A DNA stretch of 62,629 nucleotides, the filler included, from Chiloscyllium plagiosum (lineage: Eukaryota): assembly GCF_004010195.1 (NCBI RefSeq). It is 3 parts of one record of this genome, joined end to end, with 100 filler letters (N's around TTAATTAATTAA, not from the genome) between each part and the next. Parts side by side here need not be neighbours in the genome. Positions count along the whole stretch, not along the records: positions 45,720 to 62,629 come from NC_057713.1; 2 more parts are not named here. The stretch is one strand, 5' to 3'. Position numbers and translations under genes: made by a program. The notes under the pieces were generated by a model. The model had not been told where the DNA came from and searched no databases. It saw nothing but the letters and a program-made list of their open reading frames with translations. Position 1 is the first letter of the stretch; each line of letters begins with the position of its first letter. Below are positions 50,229-62,629 of this stretch, piece after piece.

Positions 50229-51141
50229 CGATCCTTCCCTTTGCACCTAAACCTTGGAACAGAAGATGAAGCTCAGTGCATGCAAGGAGCAAGTGATTAT
50301 TTTTTTCCCTTGGAGTAAGACTCGTTGGGTACTGAACATACGACATACCATGGGGGGGGGGGGGGGGGGGGAATAAAATGGCTCTACAGAAATGTCTTCC
50401 ACAAACACAGCCAACAAATCCCAAAAGACAAAACCCCTGCGGCACAGCTAAGCTGCGACTCAGACTTGCTGAAGCATTCTGCAGTTGCTGGAAGTGGCAG
50501 CGAGTTGCTTACTTTGAAACAATAGGGTTTGCTGCCTGCTCTTGGTTTGCAATGAACATTCTGCTCATCCAAGAAACAGCACTGTGAGGAAGTGACAGAC
50601 AAAACCAATCTGTCTCTGCATTTACAGCAGGCACAGATTCACGGTATTTTTCCTGATTGCAAACCAAGCTGCTGTGTAATCACTGAGGCTGCAGAAGCTT
50701 TGTTGGCTGTCAGTAACCTTTTGTCTCTAAAACAGAGAGCTCGGAAACTACGAGGTTCAGGGCAGAGATGGTGGTACAGTGGGCGAGAGAGATGACAACA
50801 GGAACACAAGAGACCGACACAGATACTGGGATTGGGCAGGTTTTCTTAAGGATGTAAGAACCAGGAGCATTCAGCCCCTCACCCTGTAATACAATCATGG
50901 CTGATCTCAGCTCGGTCTCAACTCCCCCTTTCCTGCCCGCTCCCCATAACCCTCCATAACTCGTTACTGATTAAAAATCTGTCTGTTCCCCTCCTTAAAT
51001 TTACTCGGTGTCCCAGCATCTCCCACACTCTGGGGGAGTGAATCCCACAGATTCACATCCCTTTAAGAGAACATAGAACATTACAGCACAGTACAGGCCC
51101 GTCGGCCCTCGATGTTGCACTGACCTGTCATACCAATCTGA

Positions 51142-51340
51142 AGGAGAAAGTGAGGACTGCAGATGCTGGAGATCAGAGTCGAGAGTGTGGTGCTGGAAAA
51201 GCACAGCAGGTCAGGCAGCATCCGAGCAAGAGAATCGACGTTTCAGGGCATGAGCCCTTCTTCAGGATGTCCGAAACGTCGATTCTCCTGCTCCTCGGAT
51301 GCTGCCTGACCTGCTGCGCTTTTCCAGCAACACATTTTCA
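51142..51340. mobile_element. Penelope-like family A head-to-head inverted pair with intact minus-strand hammerhead (51237-51265)
   Basis: Minus strand CTGAAGA-AGGGC tcat GCCCT-GAAA-C-GTC. The plus half restarts at atgtccgaaacgtc. Flanked by duplicated tcataccaatctgaa. Confidence 0.78.
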
Positions 51341-52414
51341 TACCAATCTGAAGCCCATCTAACCTACACGATTCCATGTACGTCCATATGCTTGTCCAAT
51401 GACGACTTAAATGTACTTAAAGTTGGTGAATCTACTACCTGTCCACCCTATCTAACCCTCTGATTATATGTCTCTATTAAGTCACCTCTCAACCTTCTTC
51501 TCTCCAACGAAAACAGCCTCATAGGACCTTCCGTCCGTACCAGGCAACATCCTAGTAAATCTCCTCTGCACCCTTTCCAAAGCTTCCACATCCTTGTGGA
51601 AGTAATTCCTCCCCATCTCAATTTTACATCTACCCCCCTCCCCTCATGAGGAAACACCCTCTCTATGCCTATCCCCTTTAGTATTCACATACACCTCAAT
51701 TAGATCTCCGCTCTGTGACAATTACTGGCTAAACTGTTCTAGTCTGTTATCTCCTGTTGACAAGTTACGTCCTGTATCACATGCCCGAAACCTTTAACCA
51801 AACGTGGGAGTCACACACACAGTTCCGCTCTCCCGAGGCATAGGGACAATTTCAGGGGCAGTGAACGAAGAAAGATGATTTACAAAGACAACACCAGAAT
51901 GGAGAGATTAAACTCATCAGGAAAGCTAAACACATGCTTTTCCAGGACAGGGATAGCACAGAGGAGAGGTGAAGGACTGCAATGTCGAGAAGGGTTCAAT
52001 ATCGTAGGTACAGGAGTCTGTGGGAGGGGGGGGGAGAGAAGAGTTGGCAGGTCCGGAATTGGGGAGGTTTTAGAGTCAGACAGCACAGAAAACAGACCCT
52101 TCGGTCCAACCAGTCCGTGCCGAACATAATCTCTATCTAAACAATTCCCACCTGCCCACTTCTGGCCCAGCTCCCCCTAAACCTTTCCTATTCATGTACT
52201 TGTCCAAATGTCTTTCACAATTACGTTGTAATTGTACCCACATCCACCACTTCCTCAGGAAGTTCATTCCTTATTTGTATCACCCGGAGTAAAAAATTTA
52301 CCTGGTCTTTTTTAAAATGTCTCTCCTCTCATCTTAAAAATGTGCCCCCCATCTTGAAATCCCCCATCCTAAGGAAAGGACAACTACCATTAACTATCTA
52401 TACCTCTCATTATG

Positions 52415-53375
52415 TTACAGACAATAGGTGCAGAAGCAAGCCATTCGGCCCTTCGGGCCTGCACCATCATTCATTATGATCATGGCTGACCATCCACAAT
52501 CAGTATCCTGTTCCTGCCTTATCCCCATAACCCTTGATTCCACTATCCTTAAGAGCTCTATCCAATTCTTTCTTGAAGGTATCCAGAGACTGGGCCTCCA
52601 CAGCCTTCAGGGGCAGAGCATTCCACACACCCACCACTCTCTGGGTGAAGAAGTTTCTCCTCAACTCTGTTCTAAATGGCCTACCCCTTATTTTTAAACT
52701 GTGTCCTCTGGTTCTGGACTCACCCATCAGCGGAAACAAGCCTCCTGCCTCCAGAGTGTCCAATCCTTTAATAATCTTATGTGTCTCAATCAGGTCTCCT
52801 CTCATCCTTCTAAACTCAAGCGTATACAAGCCCAGTCGCTCCAATCTTTCAGCGTAAGATAGTCCCGCCATTCCGGGAATTGACCTCGTGAACCTACGCT
52901 ACACTCCCTCAATAGCCAGAAAGTTGTTCCGCAAATTTGGAGACCAGAACTGCACACAATATTCCAGGTGCGGTCTCACCAGGGCCCTGTACAGCTGCAG
53001 AAGGACCTCTTTGCTTCTATACTCAAGTCTTCTTGTTATGAAGGTCAGCATGCTATTAGCTTTTTTCACTACCTGCTGTATCTGCATCCTTGCTTTTATT
53101 GACTGATGTACAAGAACACCTAGATCTCATTGTACTGCCCCTTTACCTAACTTGACTCCATTTAGATAGTAATCTGCCTTCCTGTTCTTGCCACCAAAGT
53201 GGATAACCACACATTTATCCACATTAAACTGCATCTGCCATGCATCCGTCCACTCACCTAACCTGTCCAGGTCACCCTGTAATCTCCTAACATCCTCCTC
53301 ACATTTCACCCTGCCACCCAGCTTAGTGTCATCAGAAAATTTACGAATATTACTTTGAATGCCTTTGTCTATATC
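52415..53375 (-). mobile_element. CR1 LINE RT C-terminus and 3' end, nested in another CR1 fragment
   Basis: KFSDDTKLGG...WQMQFNVDKC, LYRALVRPHLEYCVQFWSP, WNALP. Confidence 0.93.
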
Positions 53376-56077
53376 ATAATTGTAGAGGTTATAAACCTTT
53401 ATAAGGTCACCTCTCAACCTCCTACGCTCCTGCGATAAAAGCCCCAGCCTTTCTTTAAAGCTCAAACCTTCCATACCCGGCAACATCCTCGTAAATCTCT
53501 TCTGAGCCCTTTGGTAATCTCCTTCCTATAACCGGGTGACCAGAACAAGCAAGCCAATCGCAATGAGCTGGAAAGAATGATGGAGGTAATTCCAGAGGCT
53601 GAGTCGCAGTGACTGAGGTCATGTGGATGACAAAGATGGTGCAGTTAAAATCAGGGAGGAGAGGGTCAGTCAAGGGGACGTGAACTGGAGAAGCACAGAG
53701 CTTTACCGGACTGGAGGAGACTGAGATAGGGAGAGTGTGGGCTCCACAACCATTTCTTGTTTAAAAATGACGGCTTGGTTGACCAGAAAGCAAGCAATCG
53801 AGCACAAGGTGGAAAGGAGGGAGGAACAGGATTTATGGTGAGTTATGATGTGAACAACGGGTTTGGGACCACAAGGAAATAGGAGCAGAAATGAGGCCAT
53901 TCAGCCCATTGAGTCTGCTCCACTATTCAATCATGGCTGATGGGTTTCTCAACCCCATTTCCCTGCTTTGGACCATCAAAATTTAAAGTGAGCAAAAAAA
54001 TGAAATCTTGTCAACCGCACCAGAAACGTTAACTCTGATTTCTCTCCCAGAGATGACGCCAGACCAGCTGAGCTTTTCCAGCGGTTTCTGTTTTGGCCCT
54101 GGATGTGTGTTGCGATTCTAAGCAGTCTGCTTGAAGATAAGGACCGTGGGACTCAACTCATTTAGCTTGGGCGTTTTGCCATGGGTTAACAGGACACAAA
54201 ACTGGGAACTGCATTGGAGGGCAAAGTTCCAACCTCACTCAGCCCCTACCCACCCCCCCACCCCTCTCCCAAACAGGCTACAGAGCTGCTGACTGCACTC
54301 AGCAAAATGTGGCGCATGTATTTCATGTTTTAAAAACATATTTTTTTTTTAAACACAAAACCAGACTGAAGCATCCAGAAGTATTGTCTCAGCTTTTTTT
54401 AAAAATAAAGGAAACAAATCACACCGAGATAACAATGTCATGTCAGAGCCCACTTAGGTCTTAGCTGTTTCTGGTCTGTTTCACCTCTCAGCTGGGAGAC
54501 CAAAGGTAGGTCCATTTGACCACACATAAAAACGCCACATATTTTCTTTTGCACATCACTTGCCATCGACCCCTTGAAACATTCCACACTCGAGTCCAAA
54601 TGAGTAGGCAAGTGTACAAATGCTGAGCGAGAGAACCGTTAGCAATCCTTTGTCGGAAAGGTCAGTGGGGAAGAATTCCTCTCATTCCTGACAGCGAGGG
54701 GTTACTAGGCTCACAAGAGACAAGAAAGGAAGCAGGAACACAGACAATAAAGGTGCACACACAACCCTAAAACAGAATGGACTCAGAGAATTAGTCTGGG
54801 TGAGAAATGTGGGGAGCTGCAGTTAGGACATTGGAAACTTAGATTTTAAATAAACAACGCTAAATTAGGTCTTCAACGTCTTGAAACGATTCGGAAAAAG
54901 AAACTGTACGGCTGAAATAAAATTAAGTCTCATTCTGTTATTAAAACTAAAGTGAGGGCTCAGTTGAATATTTCACACACTCAAAGAAATGTGCCTCAAC
55001 CAAACTCAAATCCCAATCTCGAAAAGCATACACATTGTCTGGATAAAATGCCGCACAAATTTAACCGGATTCTAAGAAAAACCTGTCAGGACCTACTGAA
55101 GACCCAGGGGAGTTAGAGAGTTCACAATCACTTCAGCATCACTTCGCTAATCCCTGACCTTAGCTCTGCATGACAAAAGCAGGGGTTTCACTAAAGACCC
55201 AGGACAGAAAACGGCAGAAGAAAGGATGTGGTAGTGAAAGAGGGGAACAGATTCTGCGTCGGATTTGATAAATTAAAAACTCAAGTTTACAACAAATTAT
55301 CGCACTCTCTGGTTAACTGGATCGCGAGATATAAATATATAATTTGTTTTTAAAAGGCACAGACCCACAACCAATCAGTAAAACCAAACATCTGAGAATC
55401 TAACAAAACTACAAAGTTGTCTTTAATCCTGAGTTCCAACTTTAAGACATACCGCTAACCCCCTGTTGTGCTAACGTTTTCCTTTCAGTAACAAATCTTT
55501 CACCCTTTTGCCCCAGAGATACTGAAAGCAGCTGAAGGAATTGTAAGGGTTTTCTAAGCCCTTTGCGCCCCCTTTTGCCCCGACTCCCTCTCCCTCTAAA
55601 AACACAGGCTACCCTCTTGAACCCTTAAATGATAAAGTCCTCCACACCAAAGCAACTCTCCGCTTTCTCTTTTGCAGTGAACAGAAGATCTGAAATATGG
55701 TGCAAACTACATAATCTGGACTGTGAGCAAACTGTAGACATCAGTATGTTAGAAGATATGAAAAATCTGTTCCGAAGACAAGTTACGAGAAAGGGCAGGT
55801 GTACGGAACTGAGTTGACTAGGCGCCTGGAGAGCTAGTGCAGACACGATGGGCCAAATCACCTCTTCCTACGTTGCCGCAATTCTGTGGAGCCACTCCAT
55901 TCTGGAGTTGCCCTCTTAGATTGGAAAACAGCCAACAATGTTCCAATATTTCAGAAGGTTGATAGAGAGAAGCTGTGAAATTATCCATCTATCAGTCCAA
56001 CGCGGGGCAGTTAGCTACTGGAATCTGCTGTTCATTACAGTCTCTGAGAAACCGGAAGGAAGCAGGGGTGCACTAGA

Positions 56078-56384
56078 GTGGCATGGTGGCTCAGTGGTTA
56101 GCACTGCTGCCTCACAGCACCTGGGTCCCAGGTTCGATTCCAGCCTCGGACAACTGTCTGTGTGGAGTTTGCACGTTCTCCCCGTGTCTGTGTGGGTTTG
56201 CTCCGGTTTCCTCCCACAGTCCAAAGATGTGCAGGTCAGGTGAATTGGCCATGCTAAATTGCCCATAGTGTTAGGTGCATTAGTCAGAGGGAAATGGGTC
56301 TGAATGGGTTAGTCTTCGGAGGGTCGGTGTGGACTTGTTGGACTGAAGGGCCTGTTTCCACACTGTAGGAAATCTAATCTAATC
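56078..56384 (+). mobile_element. HE1-type V-SINE
   Basis: Head, core and ctaat tail. Confidence 0.9.
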
Positions 56385-56974
56385 AAAAAAGCAAAACACA
56401 GAGAAGAATAAAGTAAGAAGGAGATGGTACAGCTTTGTGAAGAGTGATACACACTTAATACATAAAGCTACCATGGCAGATAGCGCACGTCTCCAGATAA
56501 TATATGTACAGAAATGTCAGAGGGTACTTGGTAAGGTTCCATATGAGGGACTGTTGGTTTTAAAAAAAAAGGCACTTGGAATTGGAAGCAAACTATTGGA
56601 TACGGAATTGGTTATGGGACATGATTGTTGGCTGTTTGGAAGTTGTGGTGGTGATTAGGTTTCAGCAATCTGCACTGGGACTTTAAGGTTTTTGCCATGA
56701 TTTGTTGCTGACTTGTTCAGGAGGGAAAGCGAACTACGTCCAGGTTTGCTGTTAACACCATTGAGGGGCCACAATTTTTACTGTAGGCAGGGGACGCACA
56801 AAGGAGATGGATGTAGAAGGTGGCTGAGGAGATCAGCTTTGGGAAATACCTGATCACCCCGAGACAGAATACTTTCTAAACGGTGCAAAGTCAGAAGCAT
56901 GACTTCGGGTGAAGCATTCAGAAATCCCACAAATAGGTCAACACATGCAGCAAGTCATTCAAACAGAGAGTCCA

Positions 56975-57220
56975 TCTACCCTCTTCGGGGCACAGGAAGA
57001 TTCCGCGGTGCTGTCGTGAGGCACAGCACGGGCAAAGCTGTTCCCACTGGCCTGGTCAATACTTGAATCTCAGACGCATCACTAACAAACCAACTGCTTA
57101 GTCATCACTGCTGTTTGTGGGAGCTGGCTGTCGGTAAATTGGTTGCCATGTCCGCTATTTTATAACACTCGCCAATACGGACAGCATTAACTGTCTAGAG
57201 CTTGGGAAAGGCAATAGAAA
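56975..57220 (+). mobile_element. Old DeuSINE-like (SacSINE1-like) fragment
   Basis: ctgctgtttgtgggagctggctgtcggtaaattggttgcc resembles the shark DeuSINE body as I recall it; heavily diverged. Confidence 0.45.
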
Positions 57221-58654
57221 AGTTAAGACTCAATTTCCACACTGTAAGTAATCTAATCTAATCTTTCCAGGATTTTGGCAATCAGATTCAGAAGTTAGGT
57301 GCAACTTGAAAAATTGAAACTATTTTAAAACGACAAAAGTATTAAAAATTTAGCTTCCTGACAAATGAATATGTACAGTGACCTGCTGTATTTTGGGGGA
57401 TTGTTACGTTTACATTCTATAGTCAACTTTTGTGGTCTTTGGTGCAGTAACCAGAAAGGTTAGTCGCAGTCTAAGGATACAGAGGACGTCATTTCGGACT
57501 GAGTTGAGGAGAAATGTCTTCCCCCAGAGGGTGCGGAGCCTGTGGGATTCTCTGCTTCAGGAAGCGATTGGGGCCAAAACATTGATTGTCCTGAAGGACA
57601 AGTCACAGGGCTCTGCAGAACCAAGAAAAGCTCTTCGGCCCATCAGATCTACACTGGCCTAAGGAGCTGGATACGATTCTCAAGGCTAAAGGGAATCAAA
57701 TGGTATGGGGGACAAACAGAAATAGAAAATCAAATTGGATGATCATATTAAATGGCAGAGCTGGGGGAGAGAAAAGAGAGAGAGAGAGAGAGAGAGATAG
57801 AGAGACAGGGGAGAGGAGAGGAGAGAAAAGAGAGGAGAGGAGAAAAGGAAAGAGAGAGGAGAGAGGTCTACCTACAGCACGTGGACTGCAGTAGTTCAAG
57901 AAGGCAGCTCACCCCCACCTTCTATAGGGACAGGCAGTAAATGCTGGACCCAGCCAGCAATGCCCACGCCCAATCACTCAATAAAATATCTTTTCACATC
58001 AACCTGTTGAGACGTGCTATGACACACCTCAGGGTAGGTGAGACCTGAACTTTCCAGCTCAGAGGTTGGGACAGAACCGCAGTGGCACAGCAGTGTTTCC
58101 TGCCAATCCCTAGCCAAATTCTCATGATGTCATCCCTCTGGACGGAGCTTAATACAGTACAGGCTGCGGCATTAACCCTTTCAATACCTGGTAGGACATT
58201 GGGGTGGGCTCCTCAAACAGCAGAAACATTGGCAGAGAGCAAGTGGCATTGTTCTTTACTCAGATAAAGGCTCCAATGAACATGCTGAGCAAGTCTCCAC
58301 TGAAACACTTGCGACGTCAAATGACCCAGAGCAGAGAGCAACAAAAGAATCATTTAAAATAAGCCAATAAAACCCAAAGCAACCGAACAGGCAAAATAAA
58401 CACATCTCCCATTAGGGCTGCTCAATGCTTTCTGACACACTGCCTGAAAAAACAAGCTCACCTTTACTGAAGCAACTTTAAAATCGGATGGAATTTAGCA
58501 AGTGACTGGCAAAGGAGAAACGCTCAAGATAAAAGTAACCTGCAAAAATCTTACCATAAAAAAAATGGATTGCTGCTAGCCCACGGTTTCTTGCCTCACA
58601 AGAAAAAACACAATTGGGATCTGGAATGCGTAGCGCTATCCTTATATTGCTGTT

Positions 58655-58815
58655 CTTGGCAAATCCTGGAATTCCCTCCCTAAGGACATTGTGGGTCTAC
58701 CTACAGCACATGGACTGCAGCAGTTCAAGAAGGCAGCTCACCCCCACCTTCTCAAGGGGCAATTAGGGACGGGCAGTAAATGCTGAATGATGCCCAGATT
58801 TCATGAATGAATCAT
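58655..58815 (+). mobile_element. LINE 3' end sharing its tail with the second SINE family
   Basis: KSWNSLP...GLQQFKKAAH.HLLKG then gggcaattagggacgggcagtaaatgctg...atgaatgaat. Confidence 0.7.
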
Positions 58816-59067
58816 TCTGAATATTCCTTCAGTCCACCTTTACTCTTTAATTGTCAAGGGAGATTTGGATCCACATTTCAAATAATTGCAGGACAGTGGG
58901 AACAGATGTTTGGGGGTATGAACAGGAGGCACTGGACCAGTCTTCCAAAGGGCTTGCACAGGCAGGATGGACCGAATACTCTGACTTGAAAGATGCTAAC
59001 GTTTCTGTTAATATCCTGCGCTTATCACTGAAGCAAGTGGTTATGTTTGCCCGTTGCGAGTTCAAGA

Positions 59068-59362
59068 ACTAGAGGGGCATAGGTTTAGGGTGAGAGGGGA
59101 AAGATATAAAAGAGACCTAAGAGGCAACTTTTTCACATAGAGGGTGGTATGTGTATGGAATGAGCTGCCAGAGGATGTGGTGGAGGCTGGTACAATTACA
59201 ACATTTAAGAGGCATTTGGATGGGTATATAATAGGAAGGGTTTGGAGGGGTATGGGCTGGATGCTGGCAGGTGGGACTAGATTGTGTTGGGATATCTGGT
59301 CGGCATGGACGGGTTGGACCTAAGGGTCTGTTTCCGTGCTGTACATCTCTATGACTCTATGA
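59068..59362 (+). mobile_element. CR1/HER1-type LINE 3' end
   Basis: RGHRFRVRGERYKRDLRGNFFT..WNELP; (ctctatga)n tail. Confidence 0.92.
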
Positions 59363-62300
59363 TACGGGGCATGATACATAGCCACACAAAAAGGTGGAGA
59401 CAGCAATGAGCTACATAAAACAGAATTTGATGAGGAGGCCAAACTGATTGTTTTGTGGGGGAACGCGCAGAGACTGAGCTGTCTATAAAACAAACTTAAC
59501 AGTACACTGCACAAAGTGATTACATGGTATTAATTTGAAGATTCAAGAGTCTTTTTACAAAGTGCTACTGGAATGTGCTGGGTTTGCTTTTCCAACCTTC
59601 TCAACAATGCAGCACCACCAAATGTGTTGACCCTACCGTCCCCTCAGCCATAAACCATGAACCGTTAAACATACAAGGTGCAGATTTCCTGCTAACTGAA
59701 AGCATGTGTAGCGTGTCGGGTGGCTGACGCGAAGGTGGGGGGGGGTTCATTTCTCAGTTACGCTCTTTCTAGTGAATCAAATCCAGGGGTTAAGACTTAC
59801 TGCAGAATCTGCAAAATACATCCATGTCCTCCCTGCCTGTTGTTGTGCACCGACACTGAACCGGGGAGGGAGGTCACAGTCTAAGGATACGGGGTGGGCC
59901 ATTTCGGACTGAGATGAGGAGAAACGTCTTCACCCAGAGAGTGGGGAGCCTGTGGGATTCTCTACCACAGGAAGTGGTTCAGTTGAAAATATTTGCATTA
60001 GATATAGTTCTTTGGGCTAAGGGGATCAAAGGATATTGGGAAAAAGTGGGGACAGGGGACTAAGTTGGAAGATCAGCCATGATCATATTGAAGGGCAGAA
60101 TGGCCCACTCCTGCTCTTATTTTCGACATTTCGCTCCCCCCCCACCCCACACCCACCCACCCACTTGTGAGCACGCTCTCTTGACCCATCTGCCTGCCTT
60201 CCATCTTCCTAAATACTCCTCACAAACAGAGCTCCTTTTTCCAACCCTCTGATTTCCAGGGTTCCAGGTCAGTCCTTGTTTGACACCCAGTCTGTCGAAC
60301 CTATTCGGAATGGAAGGACAGTGCCGCTACAGAAATGCAGGGAAGTTGTTGGTGAGGTGAAGGAATGGTGTCTTGGGGCTCCAGATACCTGCCAGTACAA
60401 CTGTAGGTGACCAGTCAGCAGATGAGGGATGAAAGTGAGATAGAATGAGTGCTGGCAGTTAAATCAATCACTGCACAAAGACTGGCCCACCCTTCCCTCA
60501 GATACCCATCTGGGGTTGCTCAGAATTGTCCTGGGAGCGACCAGAAATGATATCCCTTATTAGGCAAGGAAATGGGAGTCACTGAATGATCTGAAAGAGG
60601 TTATTTGGCCCATCATGTCAGTACTAGCTCAGAGTTCTGTTTGGCCACCTCTTCTTTCCCCTCAGTCCCAGTTCATCCTGCTCTTTTCCCCACTGCCCTT
60701 TCCCCCTCAAGTATTCTCCCAATTCCTCTTTTGGGATTAACATCACTATCTCTTCAAACAGGCTGAATGGTCTACTACTCTTCCACATTGGCCCTCTCAT
60801 CTTGCAGCAGTTACTTACTGTACTCCTCTCATGTTGAATTATGTGATACATTTGATAAGGGGAATTGTGTAGAAGAGTACGAGACCCCGTTTATACAGGG
60901 TGTTGGTGGAAGGACTATGTGCATCATTAATCTTCCTGCTGAAGGGTGGATGTTAGTAAGTTGGTAGTAGTTCAGAAGAGGTTTACCAGACTGCTACCTG
61001 GAATGGGCAGGTTGTGTTTTGAGGAAATATTGATACAGACAAGGCTTGCATCCGCTGAGGGGTTAGATTTTTCCTTATTCATTCACAGGATGAGGACATT
61101 GCTGATCAGGCAATATTTCTTGCCCACCCCTAATTGCCCAGAGGGCAGTCGAGAGTCAACCACCTTGCAGTGGCCAGACCAGGTAAGGAAGGCGGGTTCC
61201 TTCACTAAAGGACATTAGTAACTAGATAGGTTTACCGACAATCGACAATGGATTCATGGCCATCATTTAACTATTAATTCCAGATTTTTTGCCATCTGCC
61301 ATGGCAGGATTCAAACATTGCCTGTATCTCTCTGTGAACAGTCCAGTGAAAATACCAATAGACCATTGCTCCCCTGAGTAAGGGGTGACTGCGTGAAGGG
61401 TACTGACTGGGTGGACGTGGAGAGGGTGTTTCCTCTATGGTAGAACTGAGCACCACTGTTTAAAAACCAAGGGGCTGCTCATATAAACCAGGGAGGAAAG
61501 TGAATATTTCTTTATCGGAGGGTAATGGGTCTTTGAAAGTCTTTCTCTGAGAGACTGGAGGAAGCAGAGTCCTTGAAGATTTTTTAATGTAGAGGTCGTT
61601 AGTGAGGGGGAAGGCAGGAATGTAGATTCAGGGTTACAACTGGAACAGCCATGACCTTGTGAATGGTACAGAAGGCTTGAGGGGCTGAATGGCCTTCTTC
61701 CTGATCCTAACCCATACAATCACATGTTCCCAGTACCTCTTCAGACAACACATTCCAAGTCACTGCAAGAATTTGTTCTTTCTTATCTCCCCTCGGGTTC
61801 TTCGGTCAACCATCTTAAATCATTATCCAACATCCAGCAACAACATTCCTGCTGGTGGAATTAACATGCTCTCACTCCAAAACAAGCAACGTCCTGGGCA
61901 GTGTCAACAGGCAAGGCATTAGATAGAGGCATTGGTGAAAAATTTGTAATGGTTAAAACTGTGGCTAATGAATCTCAACATGGGGTCATGCAGTTTGGAC
62001 CAAAGCAGAGTAGGACAGGGCACTCTCTAAACATGAAAACCTAGAAACAGGAGGTGTTTGGGCACGGGAGGGAGTACATTATGAGCATTATGTAACGAGC
62101 ACCGAACAGAATCAGAAAACAGATAGCACTCTGGCCTTTTTGACTAGTAGGTAAGACAGATGTGCCATCACTGCATGGCTTACTGTGTTAAATACCCCCT
62201 CCATCAGTACAGTACAGTACTGTCCAAGTGCTGTCCTATATGTTAGTTCATGGAAAACATAGCACAAAGTTGAGCCATATATCTGGTGGTTTATTAGCAC

Positions 62301-62549
62301 CACTGACCAGGAAGGGGGCAGCTGCCTATCCTGAAAAAGGCAACCTTCTGCAGAGAATAAATGGATGATTGATGACTGGCATGGACACAACGGGCCGAAA
62401 GGCCACTCACTGTGCTGAAACTCTAATATTGAGCAGAGAATTTTTTTTTAAATTCAGAGATTGGTGGATGTGAGCAGAATTACAACTCTTAAAAGACATT
62501 GGGATGGATACATGAACAGGAAAGGTTTGGAGGGATATAGGCAAGGAGC

Positions 62550-62629
62550 AGGGAGAGAGAGAGGGGGGCGAGAGAGAGAGGGGGAGAGAGAAATAGAGAG
62601 GGGCGAGAGAGAGGTAAAGGGGCGAGAGA
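62550..62629 (+). repeat. GA-rich low-complexity tract
   Basis: gagagagagaggggggcgagagag... to the window end. Confidence 0.85.

Noticed and set aside
50500..50570. Minus-strand ATG frame ending at an AA|GTAAGC donor as an alternative first exon
   Set aside because: The ATG frame ends in phase 2; splicing to exon 3 (phase 1) gives an immediate stop.
58545..58570. ATG|GTAAGA on minus as an alternative first exon
   Set aside because: Phase 0, incompatible with the exon 3 acceptor; no signal peptide.
35960..62629. Cadherin exons 1-2 (signal peptide, CxPGF motif)
   Set aside because: Not found by eye; intron 2 of these genes is typically very long, so they probably lie beyond the window.

Overview
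Vertebrate genomic DNA, almost certainly a shark or other elasmobranch (inferred from the dense HE1-type V-SINEs and their CR1/HER1-type partner LINEs). The one host gene is a type-I classical cadherin of the CDH2/CDH4 group on the minus strand. Only two of its exons are visible: the prodomain exon (35730-35959) and the terminal exon (CDS 6626-6835, with a ~1.15 kb 3'UTR holding miR-194/miR-124/miR-218 seed sites). Exons 4-15 are absent and probably lie in the artificial 100-bp scaffold gap at 17350-17449 (N44-TTAATTAATTAA-N44). The rest is mostly retroelement debris: CR1, L2, at least three SINE families, an L1 5' end with a YY1 motif, two LTR-like pieces and a Tc1/mariner-type MITE. The most interesting signal is four distinct families of short Penelope-like element ends, each carrying a minimal type-I hammerhead ribozyme motif (CUGANGA, usually an extra base, stem II, GAAA, palindromic stem III). 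They are often in head-to-head inverted pairs, and two families sit directly downstream of GIY-YIG endonuclease remnants. Most ORF-track entries are retroelement fragments or noise. Repeat boundaries were read by eye and are approximate.
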